Source of the DNA: Methanobacteriota archaeon
GTDB taxonomy: Archaea > Halobacteriota > Bog-38 > Methanoflorentales > Methanoflorentaceae
DNA: 64,000 nucleotides
Direction of reading: 5' to 3'
Assembly: GCA_963805115.1 (NCBI GenBank)
Contig: CAWDSY010000007.1
Span: forward strand, 145,604 to 209,603
How positions within the stretch are numbered: the stretch's first letter is position 1; every line of letters begins with the position of its first letter. The translations under genes and the position numbers were made by a program. Below are positions 27,895 through 37,215 of this stretch, one piece after another. The notes under the pieces are model-generated. The model did not search any database. It was not told the origin of the DNA and saw only the letters and a program-made list of their open reading frames with translations.

Positions 27895-28962
27895 CTATGT
27901 AGCATCACTAGTAGGACTAAAGTAGCGTGTAGAAAACCAAAGCGCAACGTTGACCAAGCTTATAAGAACGGGTACTTCAATCAGTGGCCCTATGACAGCG
28001 GTAAACGCCTGCCCCGAATTGATACCGAAAACCGCCACAGCGACTGCTATCGCGAGCTCGAAATTGTTGCTCGATGCCGTGAATGCCAGCGTGGCCGTCT
28101 TAGCATAGTTGATCCTGACCCGCCAGCAGACGTAGAACGTGAGGAAGAACATAATTAGGAAAAAGAAGAGCAAAGGGATCGCAATGCGCACTACATCGAG
28201 TGGCAGCGATATAATGAGGTTCCCCTTCAAAGAGAACATTATAATGATAGTGTATAACAGCGCTATCAGCGAAACAGGCCCGATCTTCGGGACGAAACGC
28301 GTTTCGTACCATTCCCGCCCTTTAAGTTTCAACCCTGCGAACCGGGTAACGATTCCTAGAACGAACGGGATGCCGAGATAGATCGCGACAGTTTCTGCAA
28401 TCTCCACAATGGATATGTTCACTACTGTTGCCACTTGAGTTATGCCAAGCCACTGAGGCAATATTGTGATAAGGAAGAAGGCGTAGACTGAGTAGAACAG
28501 AATCTGCAAGATCGAATTCAGGGCGACCAAGGCCGCTGCGTACTCACTGTCGCCGCCAGCGAGGTTAATCCAAACGATGACCATCGCAATGCAAGGCGCG
28601 ATGCCGATGAGAATGAGCCCAACAAAGTATTCAGGATTGTTGCGCATAAAGATGACCGCGAGAGCGAACATCACGAGGGGGGCGATGATCCAGTTGAACA
28701 CAAGTCCTAAACCTAAGACCTTGGTATCCCGAAAGACCTTTCCCAACTCCTCGTAGCGAACCTTGGCCAGCGGCGGATACATCATTACGATGAGCCCGAT
28801 TGCGATGGGGATTGACGTCGTTCCTACGGATAATTGGTTGAGCGCGCCTGGGACGCCAGGGACAAAGTACCCTACCGATAGCCCTATGAGCATCGCTAGA
28901 AAGATCCAGAGGGTGAGGAATTCGTTTAGGAACGACAGTCGTCCTTTGGGTTTTTCAACCAT
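27895..28962 (-). CDS. acr3: ACR3 family arsenite efflux transporter
   Basis: 355-aa polytopic ORF with [39 protein letters not shown] and IAPCIAMV, typical of ACR3. Confidence 0.85.
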   Translation of the reverse strand: MVEKPKGRLSFLNEFLTLWIFLAMLIGLSVGYFVPGVPGALNQLSVGTTSIPIAIGLIVMMYPPLAKVRYEELGKVFRDTKVLGLGLVFNWIIAPLVMFALAVIFMRNNPEYFVGLILIGIAPCIAMVIVWINLAGGDSEYAAALVALNSILQILFYSVYAFFLITILPQWLGITQVATVVNISIVEIAETVAIYLGIPFVLGIVTRFAGLKLKGREWYETRFVPKIGPVSLIALLYTIIIMFSLKGNLIISLPLDVVRIAIPLLFFFLIMFFLTFYVCWRVRINYAKTATLAFTASSNNFELAIAVAVAVFGINSGQAFTAVIGPLIEVPVLISLVNVALWFSTRYFSPTSDAT

Positions 28963-29058
28963 GTACGAAACCTTTCAATTCGTGATTCTCCGCAATTCGG
29001 TGACGAAATAGCAGTGCTTCGATACAGCCAACAGCTCGGTACAGCGATTGCGTCTTGA

Positions 29059-29301
29059 TTACCCAAGCTGACAGCAGCCTTTCCTTTTCGCCAATAGATC
29101 GTAAAGCGTGCGTCCCTTGGGCGTAAGCTCGAATTGATTTTCATTTTCTGATACAAGGCCAGATTTGACAAGCTTTGCCATTTCAGTCTCAACTATCTCC
29201 GACTTCCTTGTCCTGAAACTTTCAGCGTAGCGCCTTTTAACCGCAGGTTCCATAAGGCGCCAGAGCAGGTCGTGAGCTTCAATATTGATATCTAAGTCCA
29301 T
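29059..29301 (-). CDS. Small winged-helix-like protein with a C-terminal vicinal Cys pair
   Basis: 80-aa ORF. ...VETEMAKLVKSGLVSENENQFELTPKGRTLYDLL resembles a recognition helix plus wing. Ends in KRKGCCQLG. Immediately upstream of acr3 on the same strand. Confidence 0.5.
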   Translation of the reverse strand: MDLDINIEAHDLLWRLMEPAVKRRYAESFRTRKSEIVETEMAKLVKSGLVSENENQFELTPKGRTLYDLLAKRKGCCQLG

Positions 29302-29639
29302 TGCTGCTGCCTCTGAGCTCTATACTCGTAACACTGGCTTTTATAGATCAATCAGAAAAGAACGTTAGCTTCGGCATGATACGATCACCAAAGCCGTCAG
29401 TATAACCTTTACGATAATCTGCACAGGGCGATAATAAATTCCTCTAAAGCTTTAGCATCTTTCTGGGAGATATTTTCAAGCATTTCAGTTTTCGGCCTCC
29501 TCTAAGATAGCCTTAAGAAGCTCCTCGAAAGACTTTAAATACCGGATTTTTTCGTCTGCTATAACGAAATAGGCCTTTTCCTGAGTCATATCCTACCCAG
29601 CATCTTGTCGCAACTAATTGCTGAAAGTTGTAATAAATA

Positions 29640-29661
29640 TTGATATATTATCATATATCAA
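29640..29661. promoter_or_regulatory. 9-4-9 palindrome TTGATATAT-TATC-ATATATCAA (site 1)
   Basis: Perfect inverted repeat about 50-70 nt upstream of the small ORFs / wHTH / acr3 transcription unit (minus strand). Confidence 0.6.
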
Positions 29662-29874
29662 TGTTATGAAAACAGCTTAGCAGTAGAAGCATTACTATAC
29701 ACAAACAACATTTATTGAGAGAATGCGTCCGAACGAGATTAAGAAACGTGGGAAACGTCCGCGCTAGTCTAACTTGTTTCGCGCATTTTCAATAATTCGG
29801 CAATTTGGATAAGATCTCACCTGATGCGCTTTCTCCATAGCTTCTTGCTGTCCTATAGACTTGCATCTAAGCGA

Positions 29875-30070
29875 TTACATCGGTTGGCAACAAGCCTTCT
29901 TTTTCGCCAACAAATTATGGATGGTGAGTCCTTTGGGCGTAAGCTCGAACCAGATTGTCCTTTTCCAAGACGAGCTCTGATTTGACGAGTTTAGCCACCT
30001 CTGTCTCAACTATCTGCGACTTTCGTGCGCCAAAGCTTTCCGTGTAACGCTTTTTTATGTTGCGTGTCAA
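29875..30070 (-). pseudogene. Truncated, frameshifted paralog of the 80-aa wHTH-CC gene
   Basis: ...NIKKRYTESFGARKSQIVETEVAKLVKSELVLEKDN, then after a frameshift WFELTPKGLTIHNLLAKKKACCQPM*. It lacks about the first 15 codons. Confidence 0.55.
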
Positions 30071-30263
30071 TCGTTATCATCGCAATTCAGCTCTAACACA
30101 CGCTTTTAACAGGTAGATTCTCAATTAAGAACAACGGAAACGTATGAACATATATAAATATATAATCCTTTAGTTATATTATAGTGTGTAACTAAAAGAC
30201 TCAAAGAGCGTTAAATTCATTATTTTGAATATTAAATGTCGATATCAAGCCTAAGGTGATTAC

Positions 30264-30503
30264 ATGAAGATAAAGGTATACGGACCGGGATGCGCAAACT
30301 GCCAAAATCTAGAAAAAAATGCTAAACGAGCTGTAAAAGAAATTGGTTTAGATGTTGAAATTGTGCAAATTCAGGAGATTGACCAGATAATGGAAGCTGG
30401 AATAATTGCGACTCCCGGATTAGCAATCGATGGAGAAATAAAGTCAATGGGAAGGGTTCCGTCTGTGGAAGAAATAAAAAAATGGATTAAAGCTAAAATG
30501 TAA
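30264..30503 (+). CDS. Thioredoxin-fold redox-active disulfide protein 2 family
   Basis: 79 aa: MKIKVYGPGCANCQNLEKNA...TPGLAIDGEIKSMGRVPSVEEIKKWI. A CxxC small thioredoxin-like protein of the kind usually paired with a COG0701 permease. Confidence 0.8.
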   Translation: MKIKVYGPGCANCQNLEKNAKRAVKEIGLDVEIVQIQEIDQIMEAGIIATPGLAIDGEIKSMGRVPSVEEIKKWIKAKM

Positions 30504-30554
30504 AAAAAATATGGAAAGAAATCCAAATTCTTCGAGCAGAAAGATCCTATTATC

Positions 30555-31542
30555 TTACGTTATAGCATTGAACAAGTAGCCAATGGCAGTTATGGACACG
30601 GCCAATACGGCTATGAAGATTGCCAGGAGTTTAGGTTTCAACACTTTTCTGAGTATAATCATTTCTGGCAGGGACAACGCAGTGACCGCCATCATAAATG
30701 CCAGTGCAGTTCCGACAGATACCCCCTTATCGATGAGGACTGCAACCAATGGGATGATCCCCGCAGCATTTGAGTATAAAGGCACTCCAATCAGTACCTG
30801 CTATCGGTACCGCAAAGGGATTATTTGGACCAACATAGGTGGCGAGGAACTCTGTTGGGACATATCCGTGTATAATCGCACCTAATCCAATCGCTATTAC
30901 GACATAAGGCATGATCCTTTTCAACAGATCTTTAGTGTAATCTCTCGAGGAGAGGGTGCGTTCTTTTAAGGTCTGTTTACCCTCTTCCAGAGTCATTCCT
31001 GATGCTTCCGCTGCTTTTATTTTTTCGATCATCTCGTAAACGTAGCTCTCCACTTCACCCTCCAGTTTAAGCTTTCCAATAATTATGCCGGCTATTATGG
31101 CGATAACGAGTCCGGATATAATGTAAATGGCTGTAATTTGCCATCCCACCATGCCCCCCAATAAGACAATGGCTACTTCGTTTACCATAGGAGAAGCAAT
31201 TAGGAAGGAAAAAGTCACCCCCAATGGGACTCCGGATTCTACGAATCCTATGAAGAGCGGCACTGCCGAGCACGAACAGAAGGGTGTGATAACGCCTATT
31301 AAAGCAGCGACCACATTTCCGAGATACTCATTTCTTTTACCTAAGGCTTTTCTAACCTTTAGAGGAGAGATATAACTTCTGAAAAAGGCTATGGCGAATA
31401 TTATTACGACTAACAGGATTAGGATTTTTATGGTGTCATAGATGAAGAAGTTGACTGCACTGCCTAACGCAGACGCAGGATTTAACCCCATCAAAACGTA
31501 TGTTAAGTAATTAACAGCCTCCTGTAAAATATCCGGGACCAC
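30555..31542 (-). pseudogene. COG0701/ArsP-like permease, frameshifted
   Basis: Polytopic ORF with the TPFCSCSAVPLFIGF motif. The frame breaks near 30800 (...NPFAVPIAG | LIGVPLYSNAAGIIPLVAVLIDKG), splitting it into ORFs 30727..31542 and 30555..30785. Confidence 0.7.
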
Positions 31543-31592
31543 TGCTTACCTCATAATTTCTTGAATAGTGTCGTCCTATTCGTCCATTGCCC

Positions 31593-31967
31593 TCACTTGG
31601 TAGATGTTAGAAATTCCATCCCTTCAACCGCGGTAGCAAACGTGGTGGAGGCTAAAGCGAATCGGGTTGCAAGCAGTGCCTCCGCGATTTCTTCTTTAGT
31701 TACTCCGGCGCGATGGGCAATCTTGATGAACGTCTCAGTACAAAGGTGACACCCGACAGCCGACGAAGCAGCAATCATGATGAGATGTTTGTATTTGGGC
31801 GGGATATGGTCTAGTTGCTCCATTACAAACTTGCGCTCTTGAGCCTGCCTCGGAATCCACTCGGGGATAAGCTTTGACATCAGCACCATGGGCGTCGGCT
31901 CCTCCCCTAACGGCTTTTCCATCATCTTAAGAATTTCCTCAACTGTCATTTGCTTCTCGTCTGTCAT
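31593..31967 (-). CDS. Carboxymuconolactone decarboxylase (AhpD-like) family protein
   Basis: 124-aa ORF with HLIMIAASSAVGCHLCTETF, a CxxC motif in a CMD-type helix. Confidence 0.7.
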   Translation of the reverse strand: MTDEKQMTVEEILKMMEKPLGEEPTPMVLMSKLIPEWIPRQAQERKFVMEQLDHIPPKYKHLIMIAASSAVGCHLCTETFIKIAHRAGVTKEEIAEALLATRFALASTTFATAVEGMEFLTSTK

Positions 31968-32022
31968 TTTCGTTCTCCTTTTTCCGTTTTTTTTGCCCCA
32001 ACCGTGTTGCCACTCGGTTGGA

Positions 32023-32784
32023 TCATAGGCCTTTCGTCAGATTGCGCCTGTGAAACGTGCGAGCGAGCAGGACAAAGACAACGCTAAAACCGATAAGGAC
32101 GGCCCAGTCGAGCAGGAGCGGGATCGTCGCGCTGCCCAACAAAGCACGGTCAAATCCGTCAACGAGGTACGTGATCGGCGAACAGTACGCCGCCACTTTT
32201 GCAACCCCTTGGAGACTCGCAATCGGCACAAATATGCCGCTAATGAAGATCAGAGGAAAGCGGACGAGGTTTGAGAGCAGCATAACGTTGGAGGGGTTTG
32301 TGCTTGCCGGAGACGCAAGGAGCACGCCGAGTGCTGAGAAACAGAACGCGCCGAGCACCAGGCTTATAGCAATGATGAGACCTCCTGTGAGGCTCATTGA
32401 GTAGCCGAACGCCGCCGTTCCAGCGGCTAAGATAATGACGTTGATGATGATGCCGTATAGCATGCCCGCGACAACGTCCCCGAGAATCAGAGTGTTCACG
32501 GTCACGGGAAAGGACAGTAGCCGTTCGTAGGTGCCTGCTCGCTTCTCCCAGGGGGTTATCAAAGGGCCAACAGACGAAGCCACGAAGAACACAAACATTG
32601 CTGCAAGTCCCGGGAACAGCGTACGAAGGTCGGCGCTCCTGCCTAAGGAGAACGCGAAGAACATGAAGAGCGGAAACAGAAAGCCGAACATGAGCACAGG
32701 CGGCTTGGTGTAGTAAATGCGCATGTCCTTCTCCGCTATGAGCGCTATGCTGCGAAGGTAGCTGAGAAGGGTATTACGGGGCAT
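32023..32784 (-). CDS. ABC-2 type transporter permease
   Basis: 253-aa six-TM ORF overlapping the ATPase gene stop by 11 nt. Confidence 0.8.
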   Translation of the reverse strand: MPRNTLLSYLRSIALIAEKDMRIYYTKPPVLMFGFLFPLFMFFAFSLGRSADLRTLFPGLAAMFVFFVASSVGPLITPWEKRAGTYERLLSFPVTVNTLILGDVVAGMLYGIIINVIILAAGTAAFGYSMSLTGGLIIAISLVLGAFCFSALGVLLASPASTNPSNVMLLSNLVRFPLIFISGIFVPIASLQGVAKVAAYCSPITYLVDGFDRALLGSATIPLLLDWAVLIGFSVVFVLLARTFHRRNLTKGL

Positions 32785-33736
32785 GCGCTTTGCCCTCCGT
32801 CAAGGAAACGAAGACGTCTTCTAGACTGGCGCCTTCAATGCTCAACGCGGTGAAAGAAAGCTGCCGCCTTTCGGCGAAAGCGAAAACACACTTAGCCAGC
32901 GCATCAGGATCATCGGTGTAAAACCGCCACTTGTCGCCCGTCTGTTCCGTTCGATTCACCAAGCCGCTGCGTTCGATCTCTCCTATGTCTGTGGGTGTAT
33001 CAAACGCGACCTCAACGGATTGAGTTTCTTTGAACGCCTGCTTCAGGCGCTCAGGGGTATCAATAGCAGCTAGTGCCCCGTGGTTGATTATGCCAACCCG
33101 ATCGCACAGAGTATTTGCCTCCTCGATGTTATGGGTCGTCAAGAACACCGTTGTTCCCGCGTCGTTCATTTCCCGGATAATGGCGCGAATGAGGCGCTGG
33201 CTGTGCACGTCGAGTCCCGAGGTAGGTTCATCGAGAAAGAGTACCTTTGGGATGTGCACGAGCGCGCTTGCGATGAGTACGCGCTGTTTCATGCCTTTCG
33301 AGAACCCTTCGACGCGATCGTCCTTTCTGTCGGAGAGTTCAAACTTCTCCAAGAGCTGATCTGCACGTTCATCAACCGCCTTCCGGCGCATACCGTAGAA
33401 CCGACCCGCGAGGACGACGTTCTGTTTGGCCGTTAACTCGGTGTACACATTGCTCATCTCGGGAATGATGCCCATTTGCATCTTTGCAGCGATTGCGTGC
33501 TTTTGTATGTCAATCCCGCAGATAGCGATCTTCCCGGCATCTGGCGTGAGTATGCCCGTAAGCATTCTGATGGTCGTCGTCTTTCCTGCACCATTGGGGC
33601 CGAGAAACCCGAACAGCTCACCTTCAGGAACGCTAAATGAAATGTCTTTAACCGCCGTGACTGCACCGAACTGCTTGGCCAGACCAATCGCCGAAATGAC
33701 CTCATTATGTTCTTGTTTCATTGTTGCTCGACTCAC
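32774..33736 (-). CDS. ABC transporter ATP-binding protein (ABC-2/daunorubicin-resistance type)
   Basis: Walker A GPNGAGKTT, signature FSKGMKQR, Walker B LFLDEPTSGLD, plus the C-terminal domain of this subfamily. The alternative ATG is at 33721. Confidence 0.85.
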   Translation of the reverse strand: MSRATMKQEHNEVISAIGLAKQFGAVTAVKDISFSVPEGELFGFLGPNGAGKTTTIRMLTGILTPDAGKIAICGIDIQKHAIAAKMQMGIIPEMSNVYTELTAKQNVVLAGRFYGMRRKAVDERADQLLEKFELSDRKDDRVEGFSKGMKQRVLIASALVHIPKVLFLDEPTSGLDVHSQRLIRAIIREMNDAGTTVFLTTHNIEEANTLCDRVGIINHGALAAIDTPERLKQAFKETQSVEVAFDTPTDIGEIERSGLVNRTEQTGDKWRFYTDDPDALAKCVFAFAERRQLSFTALSIEGASLEDVFVSLTEGKAHAP

Positions 33737-33815
33737 GGTTTATCGCGCTCAGTCAAACCGGGAAACTACTTCGTTCGTCGGCGACTTGTCATTGCTCCCC
33801 TCAAATAACGATATA

Positions 33816-33837
33816 TTAATATATTAACATATATCAA
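33816..33837. promoter_or_regulatory. 9-4-9 palindrome TTAATATAT-TAAC-ATATATCAA (site 2, one mismatch)
   Basis: Located 80-100 nt upstream of the ABC ATPase start (minus strand), between it and the arsR stop. Confidence 0.5.
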
Positions 33838-33956
33838 TGTTGTGAGAGTGCCTTTAAATAACGCTGATTCTCTCACCGAGTAAAAACGACGTCTAAAACC
33901 GATCAGAACCCGCTACGTTCTGAAAAAATTGATCAGAGCTGAGCCATGTTCGCGCG

Positions 33957-34340
33957 CTAGTCCAACTCGTCGAGCGCTTCTAAAAGCGTTTTAAGACGAT
34001 CGCCCGCAAGTCGGTGGAAGGTCCATTTGCCTTGGCGTCGTTCCACGACAAGGTTGGCGTCTTTGAGTATGCGCAGGTGGTGTGACACAGCAGACTGCTG
34101 TGCATCAAGAAGGAGCATAAGTTCGCAAACGCAGAGCTCATGTCGTCTCAGAGCTTTGATGATTTTAAGTCTTGTTGGATCGGCTACAGCCTTGAGGGTG
34201 CGTGCCTGTTTGTATGTGTCACGCGCGTTAATCTCCTCGGCAATTTCCTTTAGCGTAAGTTGACGCTCCTCGACGTCGATGTTGTATGCCTCTGCGAAGT
34301 TTTGAAGCGATTGAATCGGGTTGTCAATCTTCATAGCCAT
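33957..34340 (-). CDS. arsR: ArsR/SmtB family metalloregulator
   Basis: KAVADPTRLKIIKALRRHELCVCELMLLLDAQQSAVSHHLRILKDANLV: a wHTH with the ELCVC metalloid-binding motif. An ATG at 34340 (RBS-like AGAGGG) is preferred over the track start at 34385. Confidence 0.85.
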   Translation of the reverse strand: MAMKIDNPIQSLQNFAEAYNIDVEERQLTLKEIAEEINARDTYKQARTLKAVADPTRLKIIKALRRHELCVCELMLLLDAQQSAVSHHLRILKDANLVVERRQGKWTFHRLAGDRLKTLLEALDELD

Positions 34341-34373
34341 CCCTCTAAAAGATACATTTTGTTGAAGGTATAA

Positions 34374-34389
34374 ATATATGATCATATAT
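34374..34389. promoter_or_regulatory. 16-bp perfect palindrome ATATATGATCATATAT in the arsR promoter
   Basis: Lies 34-49 nt upstream of the preferred arsR start and overlaps a TATA-like tract. Its half-sites resemble the arms of the 9-4-9 palindrome. Confidence 0.45.
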
Positions 34390-34539
34390 GTGCGGTTTTC
34401 ATATCGCTAATGAACACTTTCTTGCGTTTGGCGACCCCTCGTTTGTTCGCAAAATGAATCGCATGTAAATACAGCGCAGAACGTCAGGAGGGTCGCGTTT
34501 GATGGTTGTAACTGATGCTTCAACTTCTCATTAAGAATA

Positions 34540-34561
34540 TTGATATATGACAATATATCAA
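34540..34561. promoter_or_regulatory. 9-4-9 palindrome TTGATATAT-GACA-ATATATCAA (site 3)
   Basis: Perfect inverted repeat 48 nt upstream of the HEAT-repeat gene, in the divergent arsR / HEAT intergenic region. Confidence 0.6.
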
Positions 34562-34608
34562 TGCAATATTGCTAGACAGCGCATTCAGTTTCTAGCGATG
34601 CGAGCACA

Positions 34609-34932
34609 ATGACAACTGCACCAACTGTTGCTGCGTTAATTGCTGCATTGAATGATCGAAGCCCGGCCGTTCGAAAGAGAGCTGCAGAGACTCTCGGAGA
34701 GCTGGAAGAAGTGCATGCGGTTGAACCCTTGACGCGCGCTTTAAAAGATAGTGATACCGACGTGCGTGTACATGTTGCTCTTGCGCTGGGGATGATAGGC
34801 GATATGAGCGCGACGGCACCCCTCACCTACGCGTTGAAAGATGAAGAAGATGAAGCTGTCAAGGGCGCACTAGAAACCGCGTTAGATATGGTTAAACAGA
34901 AAATCATGGGCAAAAAAATGCGAGTTCTTTGA
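34609..34932 (+). CDS. HEAT-repeat (PBS-lyase-like) protein
   Basis: 107 aa with three repeats of the form L..AL.D....VR..AA.ALG (AALNDRSPAVRKRAAETLGEL, RALKDSDTDVRVHVALALGMI, YALKDEEDEAV). Confidence 0.7.
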   Translation: MTTAPTVAALIAALNDRSPAVRKRAAETLGELEEVHAVEPLTRALKDSDTDVRVHVALALGMIGDMSATAPLTYALKDEEDEAVKGALETALDMVKQKIMGKKMRVL

Positions 34933-35038
34933 CGCCAAATGAGATGCGTTCAGAAGGAATGTTAACAAAATCTAAATCAAAGTTAGGTATCAGAGACCCG
35001 AATGGATCCGCTGGCAGTTAAGCAATAAGAGGATACAA

Positions 35039-35401
35039 ATGAGCGATAATGGCCGGCAAATCCTTCTCCTGACGTGCTCAGGGGTTTCTCATACAGGAAA
35101 GCTCACCACTAGGACCGGAACATGGCTCCGATACCGACATCCGAAACTGATTACTCGTCATCTACAACTTACCACCTTAAAACGTCCGCTGGATAAGGAA
35201 CTCCGGGAAGACGAAAATCTCGTTGCAGTAGACGGATGTGAAGAATGTTGTATAAAAAAGAGAATGGATGCGATCGGAACGAAGCTGGATATTTACATTG
35301 TTGTAACACGGGAAGGAATCATTAAACGTGGGATGGAAGAGGCTCGGCCAGAGGAGATTGAAACTCTCTCCCAAGTCATCGTGAGAAAAGCGACGGAATA
35401 A
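35039..35401 (+). CDS. DGC-domain putative zinc-binding protein
   Basis: 120 aa with LLLTCSGVSHTG and VAVDGCEECCIKK, matching the conserved DGC motif and Cys pattern (family recalled from memory). Confidence 0.55.
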   Translation: MSDNGRQILLLTCSGVSHTGKLTTRTGTWLRYRHPKLITRHLQLTTLKRPLDKELREDENLVAVDGCEECCIKKRMDAIGTKLDIYIVVTREGIIKRGMEEARPEEIETLSQVIVRKATE

Positions 35402-35672
35402 ATGATAAATGCCTACTGGTAAGCAAAATAATCGCCATCCACAGCAACGAATCATGTAGGTACAGGGCGAGACAGGCTTTTAGCCCACGTCGCCTATTAT
35501 AATAATCAAACGGTCGCAGATTCTCGTAACGAATTCAAAAACAGCATTGCCAAAATTCAAGCTCAAGCGGGTTTCTTTATCGAGGGGGGCGATAGATCAC
35601 GATAAGCATCGCTAATGAGATCAGCAGTCAAGAAGGAGAAAAACATTTTTTCAGGAAAAAAGAGGAGAGCAA

Positions 35673-36203
35673 ATGTTACTTAGAGACTATACGTTGAGGT
35701 TAGTTCTCTCAGACTGTTGTCCTTCATCTCAAGAGGTGAACGCCCTCGTGGATCTGCCTGAGGATATAAGCGAAGTATTTCCCTACCTCAACACAGTTAT
35801 GAAAGGATTGCAGTATGATCATAATGAGAGAGTCTTAACCGTTAGGCGAGAACGACGCTTAATAACCTTTAGACCACGACAAATAGCAGTGGCAAAACTA
35901 GAGGACGAAAATGAAGCAAGGTCGGTCATAGAAGAGCTGAGAGAGATTGTGAATGAGACTTATGCGAATAGAGATCATATCACACCGACCTACACCTCCA
36001 GACCGACCCCCCGACCTCTTGATGTCTATACGCTGCTTCCGGGAAACAACTGTAAGGAGTGCGGGGAACTAACCTGTTTGGCTTTCGCTTTAAACTTGGT
36101 TAATGACAAAGTGAAATTAACCCAGTGTCCATTACTTTTCAAAAAGGAATTTGAGGTAAATCGCTCCAAATTAAAGGATTTTTTGCCAGACTCGGCAACG
36201 TAA
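35673..36203 (+). CDS. Protein with a C-terminal RnfB/CdhD-type putative Fe-S cluster domain
   Basis: 176 aa. C-terminal CKECGELTCLAFALNLVNDKVKLTQCP fits C-x2-C-x4-C-x16-C. The N-terminal 120 aa are unassigned. Confidence 0.55.
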   Translation: MLLRDYTLRLVLSDCCPSSQEVNALVDLPEDISEVFPYLNTVMKGLQYDHNERVLTVRRERRLITFRPRQIAVAKLEDENEARSVIEELREIVNETYANRDHITPTYTSRPTPRPLDVYTLLPGNNCKECGELTCLAFALNLVNDKVKLTQCPLLFKKEFEVNRSKLKDFLPDSAT

Positions 36204-36319
36204 GAGCCAGCGGAACAGGTACCTAGGCAAAAAAATAGATGGAAAGCGTGACGCACGCTACCCAGCCAAATAGGCGCTCCTTAAGTCAGCACCAGAAGCG
36301 ATTGCGTGATAAAGAGGAT

Positions 36320-37147
36320 CTATGAGCCTTTCTTACCCCTTATCTCGCTCCTCATCGAGTTTTTTGAGGTCACATCTCCGACAACAAACCCGTCATAATC
36401 AAATTGCAGCTTATCATCAGCCGAACTCGAAGGATCCTTCGCCTTATTGACTTCCGATATCTCAGCGGTCCCTTCGGGTTCAGTTACCTCTATCCTTCTC
36501 GATCGCCGCGGCCTTGAGTTAAGGCTTGATAGGTTACCATCCGTGTGATGAACTACCGGGGACTCGCCGCTGAGCGGAGTCCTATTGCTTGAACTGCTGT
36601 CTCTGGGCCCATGGCCGTCCCCGAAACGCAAGACCTGCATAAGCAAAAAGCCGAGGACGGTTAAAAGGAGCGTATAAAGCACTAGATCGCTCCACGGATA
36701 TCCGGCGACATTTTCAGTAATTGCATACTTACGTGAATCAATGATGAGATGACTGGCCACGATGGCAAATACCGCGTAACCTGCGACTAGTGCAGTCTTC
36801 GGGCGACGCACGAAAGGCACGAAGGCCGCAAGGAAGACGATCGGCAGCAAAGCAAGGGAATGAGAGATCTCGATGCCAAGCGCTCGTGCCATGTCCGGTA
36901 AGAAGGCTATGAACGGCACCACGATCAGGTAGCGATAATTTAGGATCGGGAGGACGATGCATATGGGCAGCGCTACGTGGACGAGGATTTCATAGCGCTC
37001 TCTTGCCGGCCCATCAAACCAGAGAAGGAAGATGAGCAACTCAGCAACAATCGCGACAGTAAGCTTGAGGAGGTCGGCTTGAAACGCTCGTCTCTCGTAT
37101 TGCTTCCTTTGATCTGTCGGATAGTAAGAGGCTTCATAAGTGTTCAC
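36320..37147 (-). CDS. Hypothetical membrane protein (possibly DUF457-like membrane hydrolase) with a Ser/Pro-rich cytoplasmic tail
   Basis: 275-aa ORF with about five TM segments carrying conserved-looking His/Asp positions (ISHSLALL, SHLIIDSRKY). The family assignment is weak. Confidence 0.45.
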   Translation of the reverse strand: MNTYEASYYPTDQRKQYERRAFQADLLKLTVAIVAELLIFLLWFDGPARERYEILVHVALPICIVLPILNYRYLIVVPFIAFLPDMARALGIEISHSLALLPIVFLAAFVPFVRRPKTALVAGYAVFAIVASHLIIDSRKYAITENVAGYPWSDLVLYTLLLTVLGFLLMQVLRFGDGHGPRDSSSSNRTPLSGESPVVHHTDGNLSSLNSRPRRSRRIEVTEPEGTAEISEVNKAKDPSSSADDKLQFDYDGFVVGDVTSKNSMRSEIRGKKGS

Positions 37148-37215
37148 GCTGACCTTGAACCTCTAGAAAATGAGCCACTACGTCGTGCGTTAGTATCGCG
37201 AGCAAACTTCTCAGC

